From: Iphione sp. A-MEVVRFRX5
Taxonomy: Eukaryota
Assembly (NCBI GenBank): GCA_976226885.1
Contig: OZ320314.1
Coordinates: 98,580,001-98,644,000, forward strand
Direction of reading: 5' to 3'
DNA: 64,000 nt
Positions 50,245-63,471 of this stretch are shown piece after piece (position 1 is the stretch's first letter; the number at the start of each line of letters is the position of its first letter). The notes beneath the pieces are model-generated. The model was not told the DNA's origin, searched no databases, and saw only the letters and a list, made by a program, of their open reading frames with translations. A program made the translations under genes and the position numbers.

Positions 50245-53200
50245 CCTTACCACAGCCTACCAGCCCGGGGCCCTGTATTATCCGTAGTATTAGGGTCCTT
50301 TATCAGTGCAATGTAAACAGTACATATACGTCATGCAGCAGCAACGTTCTCACTGCAGTTATTTAATAAGCTCCTTTGACCAGCATGCAGGAAGACATTC
50401 CCCCTGAATTACGATCAGTTTTCCATTCAGCTGTACTCTGTCTTTCTGCCCTAAACACAGAACATTTTAGGAAAAAATGGCATTTACGTTGCGCATTATT
50501 TAGTTGTCCACATCCAGGATCAATTCCAATTGTCACTATACTTGATGAAATCCGGTCCTTTTCATCCAGCATCTGCATGATATTTAATAAAGAATTTATA
50601 ATCGTTACATTGAGCTGACCTCCATGAAATGCTTGTGGTGGTTCGAAGCTTGTCATATATATATATTATATATATACACACACGCATGAACGTTATAGTA
50701 GATCATAGGTATAGGTTGACATGCACATATGTCTCCTACACTTCTCAAATCTTCATGGTATACAATATCAGATACATACACAAAAACCTGCAATACACCT
50801 GCTGCCTGTCGCACGTACACGTATTTCATTATTTTAAAAATAAGATACCAGCAGTAAATATTACCTGTAGTGCTAAGGTGCAACACAGGAGTAAATATTG
50901 ATGTACAGGTAAAGCATCACTAAAAATAGAAGACCTCCAACACGCAGACAGCTACTAGACGGTGGGTACGAAAAGTTAAGTAGCAGTGTAGCCTCCAATA
51001 ATTTTATTTCAGAATTGTCCAGCAATGTACACGTCGTAAATGTATATACATGTATATACGGATGTATGATAGTATTCTAAACAAATTGTTAACTGTACTA
51101 GCCTGTTGCAGACAGACTCAAAATTACCATTTTGAGTATCATCTAATGGATTACATTTTTTAAGCATCCGCCATAGGATAAGTCTTTAAAACTCATCATG
51201 GAACTATTATTCTTGCGTGAAAAATTAAGCTGAAAGCCAACGCTGCCATGGGACTGCATTCGGTAACTATTTCTGTTATGTTGTATTTTCAGTGATACTT
51301 TGAGGAAGGTCCTTAATGTTGAAAGTTGTGATAGATATTTCTTGTGTATAAAGAAGCTAGTGTGTTTACTTGTTTTGTCCCTGGCTTCCATGTCATGCCA
51401 TTAAAATAGCTTCTCTGGTATTTTTTTGGAAAGGGCATTTTGAAAAGAGATGAAACTCTGTCAGAGTGTGCGATTTGTTATTTGTGTTGCTTCTTCTAAT
51501 AATGCTATGCCTTGTGAAAAAATCTCAATTGATACATATACTTAGCACGTCTCGTGGCTTCCTGCACTGACATTTGTATTCAATAGTAGTTATATTAATA
51601 CTTATCCAAAAAAACTTTAAAGAACGTCAAGTTCAAACTAGGAGTCTCTTTTTACAAGAGGTGTAAGTCTGGGGTCCATTGCCATGTTAATTTATTATTT
51701 TAAACCAAGTTTGTACTGTATACTGTAAATAGTATTTGCGCCTGAAACGTTAATTTCTCTCCTTATCATTTATAGGCAAATCATTATGCAGTAGCCATGT
51801 ACATACCACGGGTCAATCTTAGACTACCCAGTAACAAAGAAGGAAAATTCATTAAATTCCGTTCTCTCATGTGGATTTTTGGGAAACTGGTCAGGTCTGT
51901 TACTGGAACTTCTTTCTTTTGTTTAAGATAGGAACGCTTTCATGCAATATTTCTTTTAATCTGTGAGAAGGCATACGTATGCTTGTTGTAGATTCGTATT
52001 TGTATGAAATGTGAACATTTGATCATAATTCCAGGGAATATCGTGAGCTCTAAATAGAAAAGAAGAGACATTCATTTGAACTTGTTGCACTTGGCTGCCT
52101 GAGTTGAATTGGGCCTACCACAGAGGAGGAGATGTACACCGATGCTAATAGTCAATCCACAAACGGGAAATGAACATGTCTGGAGCTCCCTGCTCTCTAA
52201 CACTGCCAACTCTGAGGATTTCTCCACTGTAAACATTGATACTGGTTTTTCTTTTTACATAGCAATAGGTGAATTGGTGTATTGCTTGGGTGGAAATGAT
52301 TTGGGGCTCACAGTGCGCCAATACACATTGTGATTTTTAACAAGGGTAACTGCCATGGACATCCTAGACGTACACTTTTCCCCAGTGTGAAGAGATCCTA
52401 ACGTTGTGTATACCTTAATCAACTCACTCCTTTTCCAACTCGAATCATCACCAACTGATGTCATCGCCAACTTGTACTATCCTACCGGAACAGATGTCAC
52501 ATCTGTGCACAAATAGACATTCATATCACACATTATTAGGTTCAAATATATAGACGATACGTATAACTAGGTTGTGGTTATTCATAGTAACGATAGTGTA
52601 ATTCAACAAATGCAAGGGTTTACTGACGGAGGGAGTGAACTGGTCATGGCATGAGTTGGCCATGGTGCAAAGCATCATGCTCGTGCTTGGGTTGACCATC
52701 ATGCATCTAACTATACAATAGACATCTCCTACTCAGCGGTATCTCAACAGTAGCCTGAATGAGAATGATGTGTTGGAAGCAGAGACATGCTGCGGTCTCT
52801 TTCGTGTTGATTGAAAGTTGATTGGTATTCCACCAACGGTGTATAAATATCTCCCAGAGAAAGTTTGTCCGGTTTGTGATGTAAAAGGGAAATTGTCCTG
52901 TAAATGTTAAGGACGTCTTTCAAACATGTAGATGTTCATGTTCATTAAAAATACTACGAAATCTATCCCTTTGCCTTTTTATTTGAAATGCCTCACTTTG
53001 TTTAGCGTCCTATTTCCAGGTCTACACGGAGATACACGTATGCATGTACAATGTACATATATGTTGACATAAAATACTTTTAGTTTAGATTTCTCAGATC
53101 CTGATATCAAAACACAATTTATCACTATCCACTATCCACTATGGTACTATTATTAGTACCTATCACTTTAATGACTCCAACAGAGCAGGCTGTAGAGTGA

Positions 53201-54329
53201 GCCAAGGCCATTCTCACCAAGAACCCACCCATATATAGCCATAAGAGAGGTACTAATCATGTCAGACTGGAAACAACTTCCAAGAAGAGATGTATCTCTC
53301 TTAAACCAAAGATCAAGAAGGAGAAGAAGAAGAAAATGTATATTGACACAAAAGAGTAATTAAGAAAGATTAAGATATATGTCAGCTAAGGCTATAATAA
53401 TAAATGTTCTAGATTATACTTCTGTGTTGATATGTTTTCTATTGGATGACTGAACTAAATGTATAGAAGCTATTGTGTGCAGCGAAGAGTGATGAGTATG
53501 ATTTAAGTTGGGATTGGAATACCCTTGGGAACCAAAAAATTAAAAAAAAGGGGGGGGGGTCATCAGTCCCCCTCCCCATCTGTTAATACTGTGTTGGGTT
53601 TATCTGGCCATATCAGTTGTTCTATTCATAATACACACTCTCCGATGGTGTATAGCACTTATCTCTACGTTGTGATTACACACTCATACTTCTTTTCATT
53701 GATCACCACTGTGACAGGTCAATGCTGATGTCATCAGTCAGGATTCCCGATGCAAGGGATTCCCTAATGGAGTTGCATTATCATGGTGCAATATGTGTAT
53801 GCTGATGTCATTCATTGGGGGAGGGGGGATTCCCTGGAAAAGAGGTCAACTTCACCTACTGATAAGAGATATGTCATCAAACTAGGTCAAGGTGGGTAAC
53901 CAAGGTGGGTAACATTTCTCCATTAAAATAGCATTGGAGAATGTAAACAAAAGTGGTCCAGAATCCTTAGTTTTACACTACTATTACTCATTTGGCTAAA
54001 TACATAACTACATTGTAAAGTAAAACTCGCTACACCGGACATCGCCAGGACTGGAGCCAAAGTGTCCCTTGTCGGGGTGTTCGCTGTGTCTGAGCTACCC
54101 CTTCTCCCTCTCATTCTACTTATAGTAGGGGGGGTTAACTTGGAAATAATATTCCGTTCTCCCTCTTTTACCAAAGTACTGAATGTAGAAAATATCGATG
54201 CCCCAGACCTGACCTGTCTGCTCTCAGGACGCCTTGGGTATTGTCCTCCCAGCAGCCCTCTATCCCTCCAGGTCACATTGATACCTCACACCTTACCCTC
54301 CTCCAAGTGCCGAGGGCAAGTTAACACCT

Positions 54330-54585
54330 TTCCTGGTGTAATACCCATCAAAGAGGTGAGACCCCGCACCTCCTCCATGGTGTCATCCGCTGTCGACATT
54401 GTAGAATCAGTGTTTTGGGCTCTAAAATGATTGTCTAGAGGTGGGATGAGTGGGACTGTGGATCAGTGTCTGCAGTGGCCGGGCTTATACATGATTTATA
54501 AGGTTTCAATTTGCGATTGTAATAGATGCGTCCATGGTGAAAGTTGTCTGCAGTGCCCGGGCATCCGTAGACTAAGGTGCCATTG
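54330..54585. mobile_element. Diverged copy of the same pogo/Tigger-like right end as 16700-16934
   Basis: Ends CATCCGTAGACTAAGGTGCCATTG|TA. Internal blocks (gagtg..ctgt.gat.agtgtc..cagtggcc.gg; atacc..tcaaag) align with the 16.7-kb copy. Confidence 0.6.
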
Positions 54586-56788
54586 TATTTATTTAGCTGG
54601 ACATACCACGTAATATATCACCACTGTTTTCTCGAACACACAAAAAATATAACTATATCCAAACCACCACCGAATACCAAGCTGCCAAATGCTTCCACCA
54701 GATCCATTTTGTGAATAGTTATCCTCCACGTGTGTGTATTAAGATATTTAAAGGTATCTGTTGCATACGTTTATGGTACAAAGACCCTGACTACCCGTAT
54801 GACTACTGCATCACCACCAAAGCATTAAATGATTTAAAATGCAGTTGGCAGATGGTCCCTCTGGCGGCGGTCAGCTGGTCAGGAATGGATGAGGGAGCGA
54901 TTGAACACTCCGGGCTCACTGTGTGAAGGGATGATGATCATTGTCACTTTCATTGCCGAGGCTAGAACGCTGAGTCCTGTCAATGTGTTCTACCCAGCGC
55001 TGCGACTATACACAAACTTGATGTATGTTTAGCCAGTGCATCCAAATGGACACACTGCACACTTCAGCCATGTAAGGGTGTTGCTCAAAAAATTATTCCT
55101 CCTCCAGTATGCGATGTTATTCCTTGAAATGGACTTCGTAAAAATCATGGGCTGGTTGGAATATTGAACCAACCCAACGTATATATGACATCAATACCTG
55201 AGTGACAGTTTTTCCTATATTGATTTCTAATGATCATCGAACCCTTACTAAAAAGATATGAAAGCAATATCCAGCAGTGTCATTCTGTAATTCCCATATC
55301 TTCTAACATTAACACGTCGCTAATTTCCAGTGATCTGATCTGAAAAGCTTTAAACACAGACGACTTAGCAAACGAGGAAGGCTCTCATGACGGTAATTTA
55401 TAAATTGGATATTCAGTTGAAATTAAGATTTAGGTGCCTGACCGGGCAAGTGGCAACGGTCCAGGGACATAGCACCCTCAAAACTATGAAAGAACAGGTA
55501 CGATACAAAAATGACCCATTCGTCATAGAAAAAGCCTGCCTATCGTCAAGGAAAACAACCACTACGGTATCAAGAAATCGATGTCTGCTATAAATACAGG
55601 TCTGAACAGTTATCGTATGGGCGTGCCTGGTGTCTGTGCCAAGTCTGAAAGGATCCAGAACAAGCAGCCCCCCGGGCCGTCTCTGTACGAGATGCGTTCT
55701 TACCAACATGGAAGCACAGCTAGGGCCTAGATTTATTCGGTGGTAATGATGCATGTACATCGCTCATTGAGGTTTTCTTCAAAAGACATAATATCCGATA
55801 TTTGATTTCAGGTTTGTGATTACCGATGACAAGAATGATTTGGCAATCGTTTCTCCGTGACGATCCTTTGCCACATGCATTGTTATACGCATTTAATCTT
55901 ACTATGCTATCCCCTGGGATTCATTCAAGTTGTGGCCCTTTTACACTGAGGAAGGCTTTTTCAAGGCAAATGCCACCTGTCAACGAAGGGCAGGCGGTCG
56001 TTGTCTAGAGTTGAGAGTATCCACTGTGATCCCTGCTGATTATGCAGCTATAGTGATGCCCCTGCAGCAACCAATCGATGAGGTCGGCAGCGCTGTCTCG
56101 GATTGGCTTTCTTCTTGTCATACGGACCACTGCACTTATTTACCCCTATATAGACTAGGCAGCAGTCTGTAACAGAATCTACATGTTATATGTTCTTTTA
56201 TTTGGCAATTATTATGCTCTAAAGAACAGGGAATGGAAAATGTTACAGTCATTGTCTGTATGATATCTAAGAATGTAATAAGTATGTTTCACGTGGAAAC
56301 GGTTGAGCAAAAACTACAGAAACATACACATAATTCCATAGTACATGGTAGATGACACACAGTAAAGGTCACGGGGATTTGGGTCACTGACTCAACCGAA
56401 AGTAAACACTTCACCGATGCTGATAGGATGGGGCAATTAGTGACCCTAATCAGGCGTGCCTAATATAGCTATATAAGTCATACCGCTCAGCCATAGGCTT
56501 GAGCATGACTATTTTTGACACTGTGTCCTTCTCCCTACCAACCGCCCGTGACACCAATCCCAACCCGCAGCTCTACTATACGCCCACTGACCCGCCCCCG
56601 TCCCCTCGACCCCCACTAAGTCCCCTCCCCTTCTCCTTCATGCAACACATAAATTAGCCACCAACTAACCTTCCTAATATACAGTCAGAGCCGGGGAGCC
56701 TGTCAGAGCAAGTCACTCTCTTAAATTCTCAGCCTTTCCGTCGAATACTCTGCGTCTACCAGTCGAAGTTCAGTACCAAATCTCAAAC

Positions 56789-59715
56789 ATGTCGAACAAA
56801 ACGTATTCAGAGGACGACATCAAGGCATGCTTTAATGAAATTGACACAGACGGCAGTGGATTCATCAACAACAAGGAACTAGCCGCAGCACTAAAAATCT
56901 TGTGTGACGGAAATGAGGCCGAGGCGGAGGAACTTGCAGGTGTACGTATGTGTGTATGCATGGCTGCACATCTTCATATTGAACTTACATATGTGTAACC
57001 TATCGTTGGCTAATTCAGCTGCTTCCTTACAACATACATTATATGCATGAAGTAGTCATATATATACATGTATATCATGAAGAGTTGATTGGCCAATCAA
57101 CTGTTTATCTAGCATGTATCATGTCCAATCAACTCTTGCTTTTCCTCTACATTCTGAAAGGGATATACATGTATTGTAAATACATAGCCACAATTGTACA
57201 GCCATTGCCATAATAATACGTTTCAAACGTGTAGTCTATATCCCCTCCGTTCCTAGACAATTCATGTCATGAACACCGGCTTCCTTAACCACGTCGTGTC
57301 CCGACCTGCTGTCGATTTTTCATAGGCTGTAACTGCTTATTAAATTCTCTAGACCTTTTTCGTTCCTAGAAGAATTTATCGGGCACCAGGGTACACATAG
57401 TAGACATTTATGTCATCGTTGTCTTTCAATGTTGCAGTCTGACATACAGTGAGTTGGTGATGTGGTCTACGCAATTAACGATGGTGTAGAGTGTCTAGTC
57501 CTAAGGTTTAGGCACGAAGCCCGAGGGCAACCCCAAGGGCTGAGTGTTTAAACCTTTGACTAGTTCACAAAATAAAATCATTAATTGCAGTTCTGATATG
57601 GTTTTATTGTATTTATTCCAGCACACCTGTGATTCTGGCCATTTAACTTATCATTGGTGTAGGTCACATGTGCCATTGAAAGACAACGATGACATCCAGG
57701 TGTGCTGGAATAAATACAAACATTATCACAGTTATTATCACAGATGAAAAATTACAGAAATAATCACACTCAATGGCCATGTTTACAAAACTTTAAGTCC
57801 AGCATTAAGTTATTGTCATCGCACAGTTGTTGTGATAAGTGGCGAGCCACGGTCAGGAAACTCTCCAGTGTTGCTGGTGAGAGATCATACGGGTGGGCCA
57901 CCCCTCCCGCGTCTTAGGGGGAGTGGCTGCAGAGTCAAGCACTGGGATGATGTCAGTTACTGGAGGTGACCATGGTGGAGACACTGCTGGCGGCATAACT
58001 CCGTTAAGGGTAGGGGTAGTTTACAGGCATGAGTGGCATGAGATGGAGGGGTTACCTTTTCTAAGAAAGAAAAGTTCAGAAAAAATCCAATCTATACCTT
58101 CCGGACTATCTAGTCCAAGTTATCAGTAAAAGAAGTAATTACACTCATAAGGAAATGAAGGGATTATGGAAATGAATGCGACTGGATAAGATGATAAGAG
58201 GTAATTTTAGAGTACCATGAAATATCGACCAAGTACGTTTGCACTGGATGTGATTCATGATGCGGCTATTAGAATGATTCTGGTACTGGATGTGATCCTA
58301 AGTAGACGTATAGTAAATTCGCGGCGTGGATGTCATCCATGTGAAGACACCAAATAATTAAACTAAAATATATCTCAGGTAGCTTGATTACTCTTATTGG
58401 ATATGATGTTAAAAAGATGTAGGCTTCCCTAAGGGCTAGTTTAGATAGTATCGTGGACGGGATGTGACCCTTAGCTCCTCTAGTAGCAATCAAGGTGAAT
58501 GAATATTGTCCAGTACCTAACGATAATATTAGTATATATTGTTGGCCGTCATGTCAAATAGATATTGATCTAGCAAGTCCCTGAGCCAGTAACATTGATT
58601 ACGCGTACACCCCCACTATGTCCATCCACCTATTTAATTGATGATATGTTGTATGTTATACATTCATCCGGTTACAAATACTACTTTTGTATGATATATG
58701 ACCAGTATAAATAAGTTATAATAATAATAATTCAAACTTTTTTCTTGGCAATATGGACACCAGGGAAATTGGGACCGAGTTGTTGATATGTCTATTTGTT
58801 TTCTTAATACTAGGAGATAAAATACCGTTCCACATACCTATGTTAGTATGTGCGGATTTGGAATGTCGTGGTCTGGTAACCTAGAAATACTGTGAGTGAT
58901 GTTTGCAGACTGACCGTCCGAAAATTTCCCTCACGTGACCAGGCGCGTCATATGACCTACCCATTCTGTCCAGTCGTGCTGTGTAGCAGTTCATTTTTGG
59001 AAAAGAGCTTTTGAGAATTTGTTTGAAGAAATCGACACAGTGGCGGGCAAACATGTATTGTATTGTATGAGTCTGTCTATTCATACATGCCAAGCTCTTT
59101 CTGTCATGCCCAAAGCTATGGGATCTCATATATATAGCAGCATGGTAATCACGTACAGACAGCTGGCGTCAGGGTATACCCAACAACAATTCACCAAGAA
59201 TTCAAAGTACCCATAACGCTGAGAGAAGTAGCAGATAACACTTCACCAAGAATTATTTCTTTGGTAACGCATCTCCAGCAATTCATGCTCTGTATCATTT
59301 AAGGTTGAAATAAGAAGGCGAATGACGTTTCATGGTGAATTAAAAGGCCCAATATCTATGCTCCACCAGAATAGTTTTATTGCACTATGTTTTGTTTTGT
59401 TGCTTTTAGTTGATGATGACCGAGGATGATAGAAATGGCGATGGAAAAATGAGTTACGACGAATTCAAAAACGGCGTGCTGGGCAATATGCTGCAGCAAG
59501 GTACATGTGGTTAGAATAGGACGTGGCAACGTCTGTCTCTTTATGACTTCAATTATCTCACTTTTCGAGTATGTTAATAGAAAATATGAGCATGCTAGTA
59601 CCGCTTTCTTTGTATAAAAGACCAACAATGAACACGATAAGTAGCACAGCGTTAGACAATATAAACTATTATATCGTCTGTGTTAATAACCTGATCTCTT
59701 CATTTTTCAGCATGA
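56789..59715 (+). CDS. Small two-EF-hand calcium-binding protein, 82 aa, 3 coding exons (56789-56941, 59410-59500, 59711-59715)
   Basis: Exon 1 MSNKTYSEDDIKACFNEI-DTDGSGFINNKE-LAAAL...LAG|gtacgt. Exon 2 ttttag|LMMTED-DRNGDGKMSYDE-FKNGVLGNMLQQ G|gtacat. Exon 3 tttttcag|CA TGA. Both 12-residue loops are canonical and all phases agree. Confidence 0.88.
57495..57563. repeat. 69-nt imperfect long inverted repeat (hairpin)
   Basis: Arms CTAGTCCTAAGGTTTAGGCAC / GTGTTTAAACCTTTGACTAG with an inner AGCCC..GGGCT stem. Confidence 0.7.
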
Positions 59716-61773
59716 GACATCGATGTATGAAGACTTGTCGAAAAAGGGCTTTATGATATTTAAGTAATGCTGATTACTTTTGGAGGCTCGTTTCATCTGT
59801 AAAAATCTACGTTTTTTTATACTCATTATTGGTTGTCATATTCTTGTCAGATCACGTTACAAGTTTTCTTATATTATGGATGTTGCTGTTTATAGTCAAA
59901 TGGAATTCTATCATTTTTTTAACGAAGAAATGTCAGTTTGCACTTAAAAAAGTGAAGGCACTTGATCGTTACTCATCTTATTCTTTACAGTACATTCCTT
60001 TCATGTACGTGTACATCGTATTCTTTTTTGGTATATTTGTTTTCAAACTACTTTATCGCCCGGGTGTCTCGGACCATTCACGCAGGTCAATCAATAAAGT
60101 TTATTCCTGAAATTCTCGATAGTCTTGTGATTTACTCACTATCTTTATTCGTGCTTGATAATATAACAAACAAGGGGACGAAGCCAATCAAATTACATAC
60201 AAAAATGTCAAGTGAATGAACGCAAACGAATATGATAATCATTGATAAAGCAGTCCTATTAAGTCGTCATTATTATCAAAACTGATCTGCTTGAATGAAT
60301 TACATGTACATGTTTTCTTGCGGTTGGTAGGTTATTTCTCCTTTAAGCTACGTACCTGTCACTAATATCAAAGTTAATACAAATATACACGCGTAGGTGT
60401 GTATACTCCAGAATATTCACCCGCAAAAATTTGTATCCTCGTATTAGATTCAGTGTTATCATATCCCTGTGAGATTGTAATTGAAGCATCGAATAAATCA
60501 CCATCCGTCGTGAGCACCTTCGAGCAGATACTGAGCAAATCCGCAGAGGAGCATGATATAGCTGGCGTTCTTGATAACTGTACTGTCCTCTACCGATGGG
60601 GGTGTGCATCAAACGGTGTGCTTCAATCTCTTGTAATCCATAACCTCTTATGCTAGAGTAGAGATAATGACTCTCTCGTCAAACAGGTGAGCCCACTGAC
60701 ACCTGGCCAAACAGATCAGGCGCGGGGGTCAGGAAAAGGTCACAGATGAAAACAGTTCGGAATACATGGAATTCGTTTTGTCTGAAAAGCAGATGAGCCT
60801 AACAAAACCAGTATGACATTCCAGTGTGTCATTTTCTCCATTACGATAATGAAAAAAAGATCAATTTAATTCCTAACAAGCGATGGTCTGTTGGTTAGAA
60901 AGGATGTGGTGAAACCCTTTCCCCTGGCACAGTTTTCCCGAAACAGTATAACATGTCTGAACAGTTATGTTTATTGTACGTAATACATTTTCTACCTCCA
61001 CCAACTCCAACATCCGTCTGTACCATACAAGGAGGCGTGTTTATTGGCATCCTTTCGGGAAAATCGCTCTTTTTGAGAGAAACCCTGCCAGTTTGTGAAT
61101 ATGTAAGTATAGAATGAAGAAAAGCAGTGAACAGAAGGATACTTCACGGGTCCCAGCCTAGAAGGGGTGGAGCAACTCTCCTACTCACCTAGTTCGCACA
61201 CGTACCTGCGTCCCACTGGGTAGTAGATGGTATTCAGTACCAGTAGCAGAAATAACCACCTGATGGGGCAGGACTGTAGTGCTACCCCGTATCCTTCACC
61301 TTACCACCACGTACACCCTGCACGCGACATACTTAAGAAGAACCTCGAAAATGAAGCAGCTATAAGATCTAAAATATAAAGACAGACAGACACAACGTTC
61401 AGTCAAATTTCATCTCAATCATCACGTGATCCATAAATGGGCCCCAATCTAGCAGTGCTTCATTAGGTCCAATGATCTGTCTATATACCCCTATACCCCG
61501 CATCTGCTGTAAAGGCGCATACAATTTCTCCATTCTCAATTTCTCACTGCCCCCATAACCATCCCTTTTCTCTCTCTCCCTGGCCTCGAGAAATAAGAGT
61601 AGGGTTCACTTTGCCTAGAGACTTGTCATGCACTGAGATACACACATATTCATACACATAGGATAGTTCCTATACATGTGACCCTTAAAACGGAGAGAAA
61701 AAAGGGATGAAGACCAAGAAACGGACCTCCGGTCACGTTATAGTAATGTGAACTGTGTGTATTGACTTAGTTT

Positions 61774-61778
61774 ACACG

Positions 61779-61812
<34 letters not shown>
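61774..61812 (+). repeat. (CA)n microsatellite
   Basis: Directly visible. Confidence 0.95.
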
Positions 61813-61813
<1 letters not shown>

Positions 61814-63327
61814 CACTGCCTGACTGGTAACACTGTCGTTCGATTTGATTTTTATTGAGTCACGATTCATCACTACATGGTTGTTTGTCAATCGTTGCTC
61901 ACATTTAAATATTTAATAATTAAATCTTTGCACAAAAACATTTTTACAGACAGGTGAGTGTTTGTGTGTGTTTGTGTGTGTGTCCGCAACTCCGGATGGG
62001 CTCCACAGCGGGCGATGTTTGTGTGTGTGTTTGGTCTATTCTAAACCTGTTGAAAGAACAAGAAAAACATAATTCATCTTGGGTCAATTGTATGGCATGT
62101 ATTATGTATTGTTGATGTTGGCCATTTTAGCAGGTGGCAGATAATGCAGCAAACCATGGTCCAATAGAAACCGGTCGCGACCCTGTGAGTACGAAAACAA
62201 TGTGCCATCCATCCTTGCCAAGCCAAGATGAACATAATTAAAACCAGCTTTCCATCCCCGAAGGTAATTTAAACGGTCTGCTCAAGTGATGGATGTATTG
62301 TACGTGGGATGAAGGAGGATCACAGGCTGTCTCCTATAACCAGGGAGGACAACTGTTCTGGTGAAATGCCAAAAGCCTTTTCAAGTCAGCGCCAAATGTG
62401 ATTTCCCTGATGAAATCAGTTCAAATCATTCTCAAAACCCATTGAAATTTAGCAACAGTTGCTAACCTCGGTTGGTTTTAGGGCTATTATCAATTGCATC
62501 TGACAAATTTCTTGCTAAATCGTCTTTTGGTAGCCCGTCCCTTCTCCCCTGGTGCATAAGATATATTTTGGTAAAGACGCAAGTTTCTTTTATGTTTTGT
62601 GCATGAATATTTGTGCGTGTACGTGAAAGTGAGTTGAACGAGTGACCCTAAGAACATGAGTTCGTATATAGACAGGTTATACCGACAGTTACCTGGAAAG
62701 TAATGTGTTTATCGTGTCAGCAGGAAACGTATACGAGTCAATACAAGCTGTATGTATTTCCTGGTGTGTGTCGGCTTGCGTATACGTGTATGTGAGTGTG
62801 TGTAAGAGCAGCAGTGTACAGGTTTCCCTTGGAGCCACTCGCCCTGATCCTGGCTCCTTCAGCTGTCAACGGGTGAGGACACATCTCGCTGCCTGGTTGG
62901 CTCCTCAAGGAGTGCGTCGGGTAAGCGACGTGAGCCACTCATCAACAACTGTTCTCCCTGTATACGAGTTGCTCCCCCACCTTCAGTCGAGTCCATCTAC
63001 AAGCCAGACCCAAAACAATCTGTGCCCGACCCGTTCGCGGCGCAGTTCGTCCTCATCAACGGTAAACTTGGGTTACAAAATACAAGCTACTACCTAAAGA
63101 AACTAGTACGTACTTTATGGAGTGAGTGGATGTCCTGCATCAGAGGTCACATCCAGTAGTAGAAATAGAGACAGTGTTTATAGAGTTTATTATAGGAAGA
63201 AGTGCGCCGTCGTGGATCATACGCCATACCCTGATCTACGTTTTTTGAAAGGGAAAATATAGCATCCTCAGTAACTTGAAAGGACTTCCTCCAGGCTTAC
63301 TACCAATCTCCCTCTTACGAGGACAGT

Positions 63328-63471
63328 ATGTCACGCTTCAGTGAAGAACGGCTACGTGAGGTGTTCGATGCGATCGACCGAGACAAGAACGGTTACATCA
63401 ATCGATCGGAGGTAACCCTCGCCCTGGAGCAGCTTGACCTCAGCAAGGAAATGGTTAAGGAGTATACAGAG
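63328..63471 (+). CDS. EF-hand calcium-binding protein, paralogue of the 56789 gene; first coding exon only (continues past window end)
   Basis: MSRFSEERLREVFDAI-DRDKNGYINRSE-VTLALEQLDLSKEMVKEYTE, canonical loop. Donor GAG|GTAAGG in phase 0 at the equivalent position to the neighbour's intron 1. An acceptor at 63294 is in frame 11 codons upstream, so the N-terminus may be longer. Confidence 0.82.

Noticed and set aside
52100-52470. Minus-strand CSFPVC...HLLLCG, reminiscent of a transposase zinc motif
   Set aside because: Spacing is wrong, the frame is interrupted and no other transposase motif is nearby.
59007-59050. FEEIDTVAG, resembling the EF-hand exon 1 (FNEIDTDGSG)
   Set aside because: Only a few residues match, loop ligands are absent and there are no splice signals. 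Probably chance, though a decayed duplicate cannot be excluded.
580-62412. CTGATGA hammerhead-core hits (about 581, 2217, 5172, 33779, 46013, 62407)
   Set aside because: None is followed by a stem II and GAAA with closing stems.
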